The notes beneath the pieces are model-generated. The model was given only the letters and a program-made list of their open reading frames with translations. It made no database searches and had not been told where the DNA came from. Shown piece after piece: positions 1 through 11,243 of a stretch of DNA of 64,000 bases. Each line of letters begins with the position of its first letter. Within the stretch, counting starts at the first letter, position 1. Both the position numbers and the translations under genes were made by a program. This stretch comes from Candidatus Methylomirabilota bacterium (lineage in GTDB: Bacteria; Methylomirabilota; Methylomirabilia; Methylomirabilales; Methylomirabilaceae). The DNA is taken from assembly GCA_028870115.1 (NCBI GenBank), contig JAGWQH010000096.1:1242-65241 (forward strand). Reading direction: 5' to 3'.

Positions 1-782
1 AGGATGAGATCGGGATGCTCCAGGCCGTACTTGCGCTTGGCGTCCGGGCCTGAGCCGACAAATGCCGTCGCGCGGGTGTCCTTGATCTTCCACAACAATT
101 GCCCGATTACTGCCGCGTCCGCTCTGGCCTTGATCGGTTTGCTGATCTCCCACCCCTTGCCTTTGGCGTGGCTGAGGCTGATCGGTTGTCCCTTGCCCGT
201 CAGTTCGACCTGGGTGACTTGGTTCGGCTCCAGTGTAAGTAGGGTCTTGTTACGAAAATCGTCCGGTTTCCGATCGGCGCGGAGCCGCACAATGACGGTC
301 GCCAGGAAGACCGCCGGCTCGTCGGGTCGTTTAGCATAGACGGAGCGGCCATTGGGGTTCAGATCGCCCAGCAGGAGAGCCGGTAATGTTTTCCCACCCT
401 TGAGTGTCACGCTGAGACGGAGCGAAGGATGCTCAAGCCCATAGTCAGCGAGGTTTCTTGGCGCCTCCTCAATGCGTCGTTCTTCCCTGGCTTCCAGCAA
501 CGTATGGAGCAGCGAGACGACCTCTGAGTCATCGGCCGCAGCCTGTACAGGCTCGATCAGCCGCCACCCGCCTGCCTGGCCGACAGACAGGTCGCCTTCA
601 TGCTTCAGCACGATCAGCGCGTCGCCCCGTGAGATGGAGATCTTCTCGACATCCTTCTCTTCGGCCAGGAATAATCGATTGGCGTCCGACCCGGATGGTG
701 TGCTCTTGCTCTCTATGGTGTAGTAGGCCACAACAACAAGCGCCAGCAGCAGCGCGAGCAGGCCAAGCGATCGCCACTTCAT
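1..782 (-). CDS. DUF4340-domain protein (partial, runs off window start)
   Basis: Manual translation from ATG 782 (ATGA overlap with upstream stop): MKWRSLGLLALLLALVVVAYY..., N-terminal TM anchor, WRLIEPVQAAAD and YGLEHP repeats typical of DUF4340; no stop inside window. Confidence 0.8.
   Translation of the reverse strand, partial: MKWRSLGLLALLLALVVVAYYTIESKSTPSGSDANRLFLAEEKDVEKISISRGDALIVLKHEGDLSVGQAGGWRLIEPVQAAADDSEVVSLLHTLLEAREERRIEEAPRNLADYGLEHPSLRLSVTLKGGKTLPALLLGDLNPNGRSVYAKRPDEPAVFLATVIVRLRADRKPDDFRNKTLLTLEPNQVTQVELTGKGQPISLSHAKGKGWEISKPIKARADAAVIGQLLWKIKDTRATAFVGSGPDAKRKYGLEHPDLI
571..591. repeat. 21-bp palindromic element, in frame inside DUF4340 gene
   Basis: CCTGCCTGGCCGACAGACAGG; reverse complement is 19/21 identical to 60634-60654. 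Confidence 0.75.
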
Positions 783-2383
783 CGCGACCGCCTTCGTCCG
801 AGGACTACCGATGTCCCGGAGACGAGGAACAGGCCCGGCACGACGACGACCAGCATCCAAAAAGTCATCCGCCCCTGCACCGCGCTCAGGATGATGGGGG
901 TACTTTTTGCCTCTCGCGGCCGGATGGAGATCATCGCCTCCTCCTCGGCCAGCCAACTGATGCTATTCAGGAAGAGATCCCGGTTACCCGAGAAGTTCAG
1001 AAAATTATTGCTGGCAAAGGCGGAGTTGCCGTACACCACCAATCGGGCTGCCCCTGGTTGCTTTTGCGTCTGCCCGTTGTTGGTCCCCTGCACGGTGGCT
1101 GCCGCCTTCCCAGCCTCGGGTCCCGGCGGCGTTACCGGCTTTACCTCTGCCGTAGCGACAACGCCGATCGACACCGGTCCCTGTCGATCCTTCCCTTTCT
1201 CAAAACTGAGCTGGCCGCGATTCAACTCGCCCTTGTCGGTCTCCGCCCAGCTTCCCGGCCCCGTCTCTCCGAGCTTCTGGACCGTCACCCCCTGCGGCGA
1301 CTGTTCTGCGACGTCTACAGAGCGCGCGAAGGGAAAGAGGGAGGCGAGAGTGAAATCCTGTGTGATCGCGTGCGGATAGTAAGTCGAGACGATGGGCATC
1401 AGGTAATCGCCGCCCATAGTACGAGCGTACTGATCCACAATCACATCATCCCCGACCTTGATGCCGTATCGGCTCACAAACGCTTTCAGACTCGGCGCCG
1501 TATACGGATCGAGTTGGATGAGCAGCTTCCCGCCTCGCCCAACAAACGCCTGCAGAGCTTGTAACTCCGATTCATCCAGATCACGTTTCGGCCCGCTGAT
1601 CACAAGTATCGAGGCGTCCTGCGGGACCTCACGTTCGCGAAGGAGCAACAACTCCTTGACCTGGTAGTTGGCTTTCTCGATGGCTTCCTTTGCCTGCCGG
1701 TAGCCGTTCCGCGATCTGTCCTCCAATTCGTTTTCCCCGTGCCCCTTCAGGAAATAGATCGTCCGCGTCCCTTCACGCAGCAGCCTCACCAGCCCATTCG
1801 TCAGGTGCTCCTCATCCACCTCAGCGATTTTTTCTTCCTTGTTCTTGGTCTCTAAGATCGTAGTGCCGTAGGTGGCGATGCCGTACCGCTTGGCGCTGCC
1901 GGGATTCCGGTCAGGATCGACCACCTCGAAACGGAACCGCTGCGAGAGGTCAGCATACTGGCGCAGGATATCTTCGGCAGGCCCGCGCTCCGCCTGGTCG
2001 GCTCGGAAAAAGGCTGTGACCTGGACATCCGTAGCGAGTCCTCTGACCACCTTCCTGGTCTGATCGGCGAGGGTGTACCGCTTCCCTGCGGTCAGATCGA
2101 ACCGCGTGTTGTGCTTGGCCGAGATGACCTCCACCAGCCCGATGATCCCCAGCACCAGCATCGTCATTAGAGCGACGTTCAGTCCGGAGATCGTGGAGCG
2201 TCGATTCAGCCAGGCCATAATCCCACCAAAGAAACGATACACGCTGACCAGGATGAGGACCGCCCCGAGCAAGAGGATACCCCCCATCCACGCCTTCAGA
2301 TCCGGACGGATGTTATAGGCAATACCGCCCGCGACAAGGAGGATGAGGCCGGCTGGTGCGGTGAAGCGAGCGAGTTTGTCCAT
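779..2383 (-). CDS. GldG-like ABC-transporter accessory/periplasmic protein
   Basis: N-terminal TM helices, RFDLT..KRYTL, YFLKGHGE, GDSxF-like (YGNSAFASN), N.DLFLNSISWL, C-terminal TM; start refined to ATG 2383. Confidence 0.85.
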   Translation of the reverse strand: MDKLARFTAPAGLILLVAGGIAYNIRPDLKAWMGGILLLGAVLILVSVYRFFGGIMAWLNRRSTISGLNVALMTMLVLGIIGLVEVISAKHNTRFDLTAGKRYTLADQTRKVVRGLATDVQVTAFFRADQAERGPAEDILRQYADLSQRFRFEVVDPDRNPGSAKRYGIATYGTTILETKNKEEKIAEVDEEHLTNGLVRLLREGTRTIYFLKGHGENELEDRSRNGYRQAKEAIEKANYQVKELLLLREREVPQDASILVISGPKRDLDESELQALQAFVGRGGKLLIQLDPYTAPSLKAFVSRYGIKVGDDVIVDQYARTMGGDYLMPIVSTYYPHAITQDFTLASLFPFARSVDVAEQSPQGVTVQKLGETGPGSWAETDKGELNRGQLSFEKGKDRQGPVSIGVVATAEVKPVTPPGPEAGKAAATVQGTNNGQTQKQPGAARLVVYGNSAFASNNFLNFSGNRDLFLNSISWLAEEEAMISIRPREAKSTPIILSAVQGRMTFWMLVVVVPGLFLVSGTSVVLGRRRSR

Positions 2384-2385
2384 GG

Positions 2386-3153
2386 TCAGCCTCTCCACCG
2401 TTTCGATTCCAGAGAACGGAGTGTCAGGAAGAGGCAGAGGAGCGTGAAATTGAGGTAGAAGATCACGTCCCTGCTTTCAATGGTACCCTTGGCAAAGCTG
2501 TCGTAATGGTTGATGATCGAGAGGTGCGAGAGGATGGGGCCCAGCGTTGGCCCGGCCGCCTCGGTGGACCAGCCGATGACCCACAGCAGCAGGAGTATAC
2601 CGAAGGCCCCGACGGCCGCGACGACCTGGTTTTCGGTGAGGGAGGAGGCTAAAATCCCGAGTCCCAGGAAGGCCATGCCGAGAAGCAGGAGACCAAGGTA
2701 GCCGCTCAGGATAAGTCCCCATTCCAGCATGGCGAAGGATCCGAGCATTGCGATATCCAGCAGAGTAATCCCGAGCATCATCGAGTACAGCGCGAGCGCC
2801 GCCAGAAACTTACCCAACAGCAGCTCCCAGTCCCTGATCGGATACGAGAAGAGTAGCTCGATAGTCCCCGTCTTCTTCTCTTCTGAAAACAGGCGCATGG
2901 TGGCCGCCGGCATCAGCAGCAGCATCGTGATGGCGATATCGCGAAAGAGCGGGCGAACGATCCACTCGGAGGCGTTCAGACCTCGACCGAACCCGGGGTT
3001 CATCGTGGCCTGCAGGCTGCTGAGCGAGAAGAAGGTGAAGAGGCTATAGAAAAAATAGCCCGAGATGAGCGCAAAGATGGTTAAGATCACGTAGGCGATC
3101 GGCGACGCAAAGTAGGCTCGCCATTCTTTCTTGAAGATCGCCAGGACATTCAT
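2386..3153 (-). CDS. ABC-2 type permease (GldF-like)
   Basis: KEWRAYFASPIAY, EEKKTGTIELLFSYP, multiple TM helices; ATG 3153 overlaps ATPase stop. Confidence 0.9.
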   Translation of the reverse strand: MNVLAIFKKEWRAYFASPIAYVILTIFALISGYFFYSLFTFFSLSSLQATMNPGFGRGLNASEWIVRPLFRDIAITMLLLMPAATMRLFSEEKKTGTIELLFSYPIRDWELLLGKFLAALALYSMMLGITLLDIAMLGSFAMLEWGLILSGYLGLLLLGMAFLGLGILASSLTENQVVAAVGAFGILLLLWVIGWSTEAAGPTLGPILSHLSIINHYDSFAKGTIESRDVIFYLNFTLLCLFLTLRSLESKRWRG

Positions 3154-4139
3154 TCCCGCACCTCCTGCGCTTCTTTGGTCACCAGGCGGACGAAGATCTC
3201 CTCCAGACTCATGTCGGCGGGGCGAAGTTCCAGCAGCCCCCATCCGCGCTCAATGATCAGGCGCGACACCTCGCGGCGCAGATCACAATTCCGCTCCGAC
3301 TCCACGACGAAGCTGTTGGCGGTCTCGCCTGTCGGTTCGGCAGACAGGTGGCACGCAGACAGGTGCGTTTCATCCTCCGCCACGACCCGCAGGACGCCTG
3401 GAAGCTGGGTCAGAGCGATCCCGACCTGGTTCACTGGCCCCTCGACCCTGATGCGCAGTTTGGTGGAACTCTGAAGCCCGGCTGTCAGGTTCTCCGGGGT
3501 GTCAACTGCTACGATCTGTCCATTGTTGATGATAATCACTCGATGACAGATCATGCTGACCTCGGGCAGAATGTGGGTCGACAGGATGATCGTACTTTGG
3601 CCGGCCAGCGCCTTGATGAGCTGCCTGATCTCGATGATCTGTTTCGGGTCAAGCCCGATGGTCGGCTCGTCCAGGATGAGCACCTCAGGATCGTTGAGCA
3701 GCGCCTGAGCGATCCCAACCCGCTGCCGATAACCGCGCGAGAGTGCCCCGATCAAGGTCCGCCGCACCCCGGCGACCCCGCACTTTTCCATCACCTCACC
3801 GATCTTACGCCGTCGATTCGCACGCTCCACGCCTTTGATCTCAGCCACGAACTCCAGGTAGTCGGCTACCTTCATATCGGTGTAGAGCGGCACGTTCTCC
3901 GGCAGGTAGCCGATGCGTCGCCGCATCTGAAGCGACTCGGTCAGGACGTCGAAGCCGGCGACGCGTGCCGTCCCGCTGTTGGGCGGCAGAAAACCGGTCA
4001 AAATCCGCATCGTTGTGGTCTTGCCGGCGCCATTCGGCCCGAGGAATCCTACGATCTCCCCTTTATCAACCGTGAAGGAGACATCGCGAATGGCAGTATG
4101 CTTGTCGTAATATTTCGTCAGCTTGTCCGCTTCGATCAT
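3150..4139 (-). CDS. ABC transporter ATP-binding protein (GldA/CcmA-like)
   Basis: Walker A GPNGAGKTT, signature LSRGYRQ, Walker B ILDEP, H-loop STHIL; SD AGGAGG upstream of ATG 4139. Confidence 0.95.
   Translation of the reverse strand: MIEADKLTKYYDKHTAIRDVSFTVDKGEIVGFLGPNGAGKTTTMRILTGFLPPNSGTARVAGFDVLTESLQMRRRIGYLPENVPLYTDMKVADYLEFVAEIKGVERANRRRKIGEVMEKCGVAGVRRTLIGALSRGYRQRVGIAQALLNDPEVLILDEPTIGLDPKQIIEIRQLIKALAGQSTIILSTHILPEVSMICHRVIIINNGQIVAVDTPENLTAGLQSSTKLRIRVEGPVNQVGIALTQLPGVLRVVAEDETHLSACHLSAEPTGETANSFVVESERNCDLRREVSRLIIERGWGLLELRPADMSLEEIFVRLVTKEAQEVRE
3328..3348. repeat. 21-bp palindromic element variant, in frame inside ABC ATPase
   Basis: Coding strand CCTGTCTGCCGAACCGACAGG, preceded by a half copy CACCTGTCTGCGTGC; encodes HLSAC-HLSAEPTG. 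Confidence 0.65.
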
Positions 4140-4204
4140 CCTGCCTCCTACAACCACCAGTCCATCTGTCAGGAAGGCTCAATTCTGGAGAGTCGCCCCC
4201 CGCC

Positions 4205-4234
4205 ATAATACACAATCGGGTCCGCTGGATGCAA
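4205..4234 (-). promoter_or_regulatory. Putative sigma70 promoter of the ABC cassette
   Basis: TTGCAT-N18-TATTAT on minus strand about 65 nt upstream of ATG 4139. Confidence 0.4.
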
Positions 4235-4421
4235 CACTGGGACGCTCTCCTGACAGTGGCGGAGTTGCCCTGATAAGGATGAAGAAGCGTGTGTCGTGTC
4301 GCAGAGTCAATCCCAATATGAGTTGAAAAATCGAAGCAGCCTCCCATGCATGTCACGCTACGCGCTCGTCTCGCTCGGTGGCTATCACGATCTCGCGCGC
4401 CACCATGTCATGCGGCGCTTT

Positions 4422-5538
4422 TTACTTCGCCGCGCCAGGCGAGGTGCGCCCTTTCAGCAGAAACGCATCGATGAACGGCTCGATCTCTCCGTCCAGGACC
4501 TTGTCGACATTAGAGGTCTCCAGCCCCGTCCGGTGATCCTTGACGAGTTGGTACGGGGCAAGAACGTAGGAACGGATCTGGCTGCCCCAGGCAATCTCCT
4601 TCTTTTCGCCTTCAAGCTTAGCCATCTCCTTCTCTTGCTCCCGACGATAGTGGTCGTACAGTCTGGCTCGAAGCACCTTCATGGCCATCGCCTTATTCTT
4701 GTGCTGCGATCGCTCATTCTGGCAGGAGACAACGATGCCTGTCGGCAGGTGCGTAATCCGCACCGCCGAGTCGGTGACGTTCACATGCTGTCCGCCCGCC
4801 CCGCTGGAGCGATAGGTGTCGATACGCAGATCCTTGTCGTCAATCGCCACCTCGATGGTCTCATCGATCTCCGGGAACACGAAGACCGACGCAAAGGACG
4901 TGTGACGGCGGTGGCTGGCATCGAACGGCGAGATGCGCACCAGACGGTGGACCCCGATTTCGGCTTTCAGGCGGCCGTACGCATACCTGCCCGTCACCGT
5001 CACCGTGGCGCTCTTGATCCCGGCCTCCTCCGCAGGGAGCAGGTCGATGATCTCGGTCTTATAACGACTGGTCTCCGCCCATCGCAGGTACATCCGCAGC
5101 AACATCTGCGCCCAGTCCTGCGACTCGGTACCGCCGGCGCCCGGATTGATGGAGAGGATCGCGTTGCCCGCGTCGTATTCTTCCGCCATGAAGGTGGTCA
5201 GCTCGAGCGCGGCAATCTGACCCTCCAGGCTCCGCAGCGAACTCCCCAACTCTTTCAGCGCGTGTGGGTCTTCTTCCTCCCGCAGCAGCCCGAGCAGGAC
5301 CGTCAGCTCGTCGAGTTCGCTCCCGATGGTCTCCAGTTGGTCAACAACATCCTTAAGCGCACGTTGCTCCTTCATGATCTCCCGAGCGCGGGAGGTGTCG
5401 GCCCAGAATTCCTGTGAATGGAGCATCTCTTCGATCGCGACCAGACGTGACTGTTTTCCCGCAACGTCAAAGATAGTCTCGGAGAATATGCAGCTTATCC
5501 TTCAGACCATCGAGCGTGCGCGCAAACTCCGCAATCAT
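4422..5538 (-). CDS. prfB: Peptide chain release factor 2 (programmed +1 frameshift)
   Basis: ORF1 MIAEFARTLDGLKDKLHILRDYL then CTT TGA C; +1 frame continues DVAGKQ... into SPF and GGQ motifs; 1117 nt = 3n+1. Confidence 0.97.
5466..5472 (-). other. RF2 +1 ribosomal frameshift site CTT-TGA-C
   Basis: TAT CTT TGA C at codon 23, canonical prfB slippery site. Confidence 0.95.
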
Positions 5539-7115
5539 CGCATCCTCCTCTGTGAAGTGACAGCGGGCACCGAAGCGGTTCTTACGACGCTCCTGGCCCA
5601 CGTTGCCATGAATACTGCAACAATAAAGATGACACAGATCCACGCAAAGAGATCACCATAACGGGTATAAAACGTGTACGTTCGCTCCATGCGAATCTGG
5701 TCTGTAATGACGGTTGGCACAAAGAGATCCGAGGCATGGAGGATCCGGCCGCTCGGATCCACAATAGCGGAAATGCCCGTATTGGCTGCCCGGACCAGGT
5801 AGCGGCGATTCTCGACCGCTCGAAGGACCGCCATGGCCAGGTGCTGGGTTGGAGCAGCCGACCGGCCGAACCAGGCATCGTTCGTGATATTGACCAGGAA
5901 CTCTGCCCCTTCTTTCACGTAGTGTCGAACCTGATCCGGGAAAATCGCCTCATAGCAGATGGTAACTCCAAAACGGCCGCCCGGCATGTCAAAAACGGTG
6001 TAGGTCTGGCCCGATTCGAAGTCGCCAATTCCATACGCTAGCTTCTGCACAAAAAACAGAACCGATTTGAGGGGGACATACTCCCCAAAAGGAACCATAT
6101 GCATCTTATCGTACCGGTTGAGGAGTGTCCGCTGGGGAGAGATCAGGAACGCGCTATTCCGATACCGTGTACCGCCATCGGCGGACGCGGGCGGCTCGGC
6201 ATCCGGGCTGCCTACCAGGAGATAGCTGCCGGTCTCAGCAGCGATGTCTGAGACGCGACCCAGTAACGCCGGTTCATACCGAAGAAAAAAAGGAACGGCG
6301 GTTTCAGGCCATACGATGAGGGCAGGTGTATCCTTTACCGCCTCCAGACTGAGGCGACGATATCGCTCGATGGTGGCGGCCTGCATCGCCGGATCCCACT
6401 TCACCCCCTGATCGATGTTACCCTGCACGAGGGCGACTCTAAGTGTTTGTCCGGAACCAACAGGTGCAGAAGGCCCTGTACTGAGCGCCGTCGAAGCGGG
6501 TGAAAGGAGTCTGGGGGACCACAATAGGGCCATGACAACCGCGCCGGTCAAGCCGATCGTTTGAAGACGGTACGGCGCGCCTCCAACCAGTTGCGTCAGA
6601 GCGATATTGATGAGGACCACGATAAACGACAGGCCGTATACCCCAGCGACGGAGGCAATCGGTAAGAGCAAACTATTTCGGTATTGCGTGTACCCCAGGA
6701 GGATCCAGGGAAATCCTGTCAGCGCATAGGTCCGCAGGTACTCTAAACCGACCCATAAGGCTGAGGGACCAAGCAGGTTGAGAGGCCACGGAACATTCGC
6801 TGTCCAAGAAACGCCCAGCGCGAACACGCCGAGATAGAGCGCGAGGTATGCGGCCAGAATGAAAAGCGCAAGCGCGCTGAGAGCAAACGGCACGCCGCCG
6901 TATGCCGTCATCGAATGCGTCACCCAGGAGACGCTGATAAGATAAAAGAGTAGTCCTGCAAGCGTCCCCAGATAAAAAGCTCGAACCGGGGTCTGGTCTC
7001 GAATAGCCGACAGTAATGGGACAAGGGCCACGAACGTCAGCCATCCCAGGTCTGGTGCCGGGAACGCGAGGATGAGGAGCCCGCCGGAAAGCGCAGCCAG
7101 CAAGACCGGTATCAT
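5535..7115 (-). CDS. lnt: Apolipoprotein N-acyltransferase
   Basis: TGFPW, VQGNI, WPETA, KxHxVPFGEY, ICYE, NITNDAWFG, RAANTGIS; ATGA overlap with cdsA. Confidence 0.97.
   Translation of the reverse strand: MIPVLLAALSGGLLILAFPAPDLGWLTFVALVPLLSAIRDQTPVRAFYLGTLAGLLFYLISVSWVTHSMTAYGGVPFALSALALFILAAYLALYLGVFALGVSWTANVPWPLNLLGPSALWVGLEYLRTYALTGFPWILLGYTQYRNSLLLPIASVAGVYGLSFIVVLINIALTQLVGGAPYRLQTIGLTGAVVMALLWSPRLLSPASTALSTGPSAPVGSGQTLRVALVQGNIDQGVKWDPAMQAATIERYRRLSLEAVKDTPALIVWPETAVPFFLRYEPALLGRVSDIAAETGSYLLVGSPDAEPPASADGGTRYRNSAFLISPQRTLLNRYDKMHMVPFGEYVPLKSVLFFVQKLAYGIGDFESGQTYTVFDMPGGRFGVTICYEAIFPDQVRHYVKEGAEFLVNITNDAWFGRSAAPTQHLAMAVLRAVENRRYLVRAANTGISAIVDPSGRILHASDLFVPTVITDQIRMERTYTFYTRYGDLFAWICVIFIVAVFMATWARSVVRTASVPAVTSQRRMR
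6477..6496. repeat. CTTCG-N-GCTCAG-type repeat half, in frame inside lnt
   Basis: Coding strand CTTCGACGGCGCTCAGTACA (S-T-A-L-S-T); 17/20 identical to 51391-51410 and similar to the arms of 7946-8021. Confidence 0.65.
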
Positions 7116-7915
7116 ACCCACCCCGCGAGGACAGCCCCATAGAGGATAGGCCCGGCGAAGAGGAGGCTATCCACTCGGTCCAGCAGACCACCGTGGCCTG
7201 GGATCAGCGCGCCGGTATCCTTCACCCCGAAACTCCGTTTCAACATCGATTCGCACAGATCCCCGACCTGGCCCATCACGCCCACTCCCAATCCCATCGC
7301 CACACTCTCAACGGCCCCGAGCCCCTCCCAGAACCAGAACGTGGCCAAGCCGGAGGCCAATACAGAACAGATCAGCCCACCCACGCTCCCTTCTATGGTC
7401 TTGCGGGGACTTACGGTGGGACAGAGTAATCGCTTTCCCATCGCCGAGCCTACATAGAACGCCCCGGTATCCCCTGCCCAAGTGACAAACACAAGATAAA
7501 AGATATAGGTACGCCCCAACGCCATGGCTCGCAGGAGCGCCGGAAAGCTCAGTAACCCTGCGACATACATAAGACCGAGCAGGGTGATTGCCCCTCGCGA
7601 GACAGCCTCTTTCCGATCCGTGCCTGCAACCAGGAGGCTGATCAGCAAAAGAACGATCACCCCCGCGAAGGCCGATATCAGCCAGGGCGCCGGCGCCCCG
7701 AAAAACTCCATACAACTCAGCGCCACACCACACCCGATTCCCAGGCGTGTTAACGGATGCCAACCGCCGGCCTTTGCCATCCCATAGAACTCATACAGTC
7801 CAACCAGAATCGCGAGAGTCACAAGCAAGAAGAAATGAAGAGCGGTTCCGAACTGAACCAGCAGGAGAAAAGCCGGGAGGAGGATGGCAGCGCTAAGGAT
7901 CCTTTTCAGATGCAT
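7112..7915 (-). CDS. cdsA: Phosphatidate cytidylyltransferase
   Basis: SPRKTIEG, GDLCESMLKRSFGVKDTGALIPGHGGLLDRVDS; start refined to ATG 7915. Confidence 0.97.
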   Translation of the reverse strand: MHLKRILSAAILLPAFLLLVQFGTALHFFLLVTLAILVGLYEFYGMAKAGGWHPLTRLGIGCGVALSCMEFFGAPAPWLISAFAGVIVLLLISLLVAGTDRKEAVSRGAITLLGLMYVAGLLSFPALLRAMALGRTYIFYLVFVTWAGDTGAFYVGSAMGKRLLCPTVSPRKTIEGSVGGLICSVLASGLATFWFWEGLGAVESVAMGLGVGVMGQVGDLCESMLKRSFGVKDTGALIPGHGGLLDRVDSLLFAGPILYGAVLAGWV

Positions 7916-7945
7916 TTGAGCCTGTCCTGTACACCCCTTGTTGTG

Positions 7946-8021
7946 CTTCGACGGGCTCAGCACGAACGGGAGGCCACCAATCATTTCAATGCAAGTGCCG
8001 TTCGCCCTGAGCATGTCGAAG
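7946..8021. repeat. REP/MITE-like inverted repeat
   Basis: Arms CTTCGACGGGCTCAGCACGAACGG (7946-7969) and CCGTTCGCCCTGAGCATGTCGAAG (7998-8021) are imperfect reverse complements. Confidence 0.8.
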
Positions 8022-8057
8022 GGTGAACGGGGGATTGCAGGGCAAGCTCATCCAACA

Positions 8058-8095
8058 CAGCGATCAGCTTTCAGCTATCGACTGATCGCTGACAG
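8058..8095. repeat. Heptamer hairpin array (CAGCNNT / CTGANNG)
   Basis: CAGCGAT CAGCTTT CAGCTAT cga CTGATCG CTGACAG, just downstream of the frr stop. Confidence 0.7.
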
Positions 8096-8098
8096 TCC

Positions 8099-10043
<1,945 letters not shown>

Positions 10044-10073
10044 CCTCACCCTCTTTCCTGAAGTCGTCGCGTC

Positions 10074-10877
10074 TCAGATCTGTTGAAAAGCCTCCAGTGG
10101 CGCTTCAGCCTGACCCGTTTCTTCTACTGAAGGGGCCGGCTCGGTCTGAGCAACTGCCATTGCCTCAGCCGCCAATTCCCCGGCCGCCTTCAGCCGCACG
10201 GCTCGGCCCTCCTGGATAACGTCAGCCATACGGACCGCCATCAATCGAATGGCTCGAATCGCATCGTCATTACCAGGGATCGGGTAATCGATCTCGTCGG
10301 GGTCGCAGTTTGTGTCCACAACGGCGACGACCGGAATTCCGAGGCGTCTGGCCTCACACACGGCGATCCGCTCCTTCTTGGTGTCGATCACAAATATCGC
10401 GCCGGGCAGACGCTCCATCCCTTTAATCCCGCCCAGGGTATATTCGAGTTTCTGTCGCTCCCGCTGCAGCTTTGCAATCTCCTTCTTCGTAAGACGCTCG
10501 CACTCACCCTTGGCCTCCATCTCTTCAATATGGCGCAGCCGACTCACGCTCTTCCTGATAGTCTGGAAGTTAGTGAGGGTCCCGCCCAGCCAACGGTGGT
10601 TTACAAAGAATTGCTCACAACGATTGGCCTCCTGCTCGATCACATCAGCGGCCTGTTTTTTTGTTCCGACAAACACGACCGGCAGACCTTCGGTTGCCAC
10701 ATCCCTCACGAACTCAATAGCTTCGTGAAATTTCTTCAGGGTTTTTTGCAGATCGATGATATAGATACCGTTCTGCTCCCCAAAGAGAAACTTCTTCATC
10801 TTCGGGTTCCAACGCTTAGTCTGATGCCCGAAGTGGACCCCTGCTTCCAATAGCTCCTTAATCGTGACCGTTACCAC
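10074..10877 (-). CDS. rpsB: 30S ribosomal protein S2
   Basis: [38 protein letters not shown]. Confidence 0.99.
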   Translation of the reverse strand: MVTVTIKELLEAGVHFGHQTKRWNPKMKKFLFGEQNGIYIIDLQKTLKKFHEAIEFVRDVATEGLPVVFVGTKKQAADVIEQEANRCEQFFVNHRWLGGTLTNFQTIRKSVSRLRHIEEMEAKGECERLTKKEIAKLQRERQKLEYTLGGIKGMERLPGAIFVIDTKKERIAVCEARRLGIPVVAVVDTNCDPDEIDYPIPGNDDAIRAIRLMAVRMADVIQEGRAVRLKAAGELAAEAMAVAQTEPAPSVEETGQAEAPLEAFQQI

Positions 10878-10904
10878 ACCGCTCCTCCGTTCGGCTGAAC
10901 GTTT

Positions 10905-11010
10905 CGCGCAGCCCTCTAGGTTTTGTGTCCTCCGCCCTCGTCACCTCCCTGCGAGACCCCTGCACAACCGGTGGGGGCACCCTTGCAGGAATCAGGGGGC
11001 GTGTGAAGTT
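10905..11010 (-). promoter_or_regulatory. rpsB (S2 / t44-type) leader
   Basis: Minus strand CACACGC...GGTGCC...TTG...GGCGGAGG...AAACC resembles the conserved S2-binding leader; position directly upstream of rpsB. Confidence 0.55.
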
Positions 11011-11150
11011 GATACGAGTTCTTTTATTCGTCAACGCCCTGCATTTATACCACGTCAAAATAGATCGGAACAAGCGAAAACAGGAGGTTGCCCACAACAC
11101 CTCATATGTCTACAATACACCCATAAGTACGAAAGTTCGGACTCCATGCA

Positions 11151-11243
11151 TCCCCTTGCCTTCAGCCTCTCCCCGGAAGGGATGAGGAAATGTTTTTCTG
11201 GTGCCCCTCGCCCCTATTTGGGGAAGAGGGCGAGGGTGAGGGG
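11151..11243. repeat. CCCTCNCCC...GGGAGAGGG-type composite palindrome
   Basis: TCCCCTTGCCTTCAGCCTCTCCCC...GGGAAGAGGGCGAGGGTGAGGGG abutting argJ stop; related copies at 19641-19687 and inside metG. Confidence 0.7.

Noticed and set aside
4160-4290. Possible cobalamin or SAM riboswitch (CCGCCACTG, CTTATC) or 6S RNA
   Set aside because: Only isolated short motifs; the other conserved elements and the required length and structure are missing
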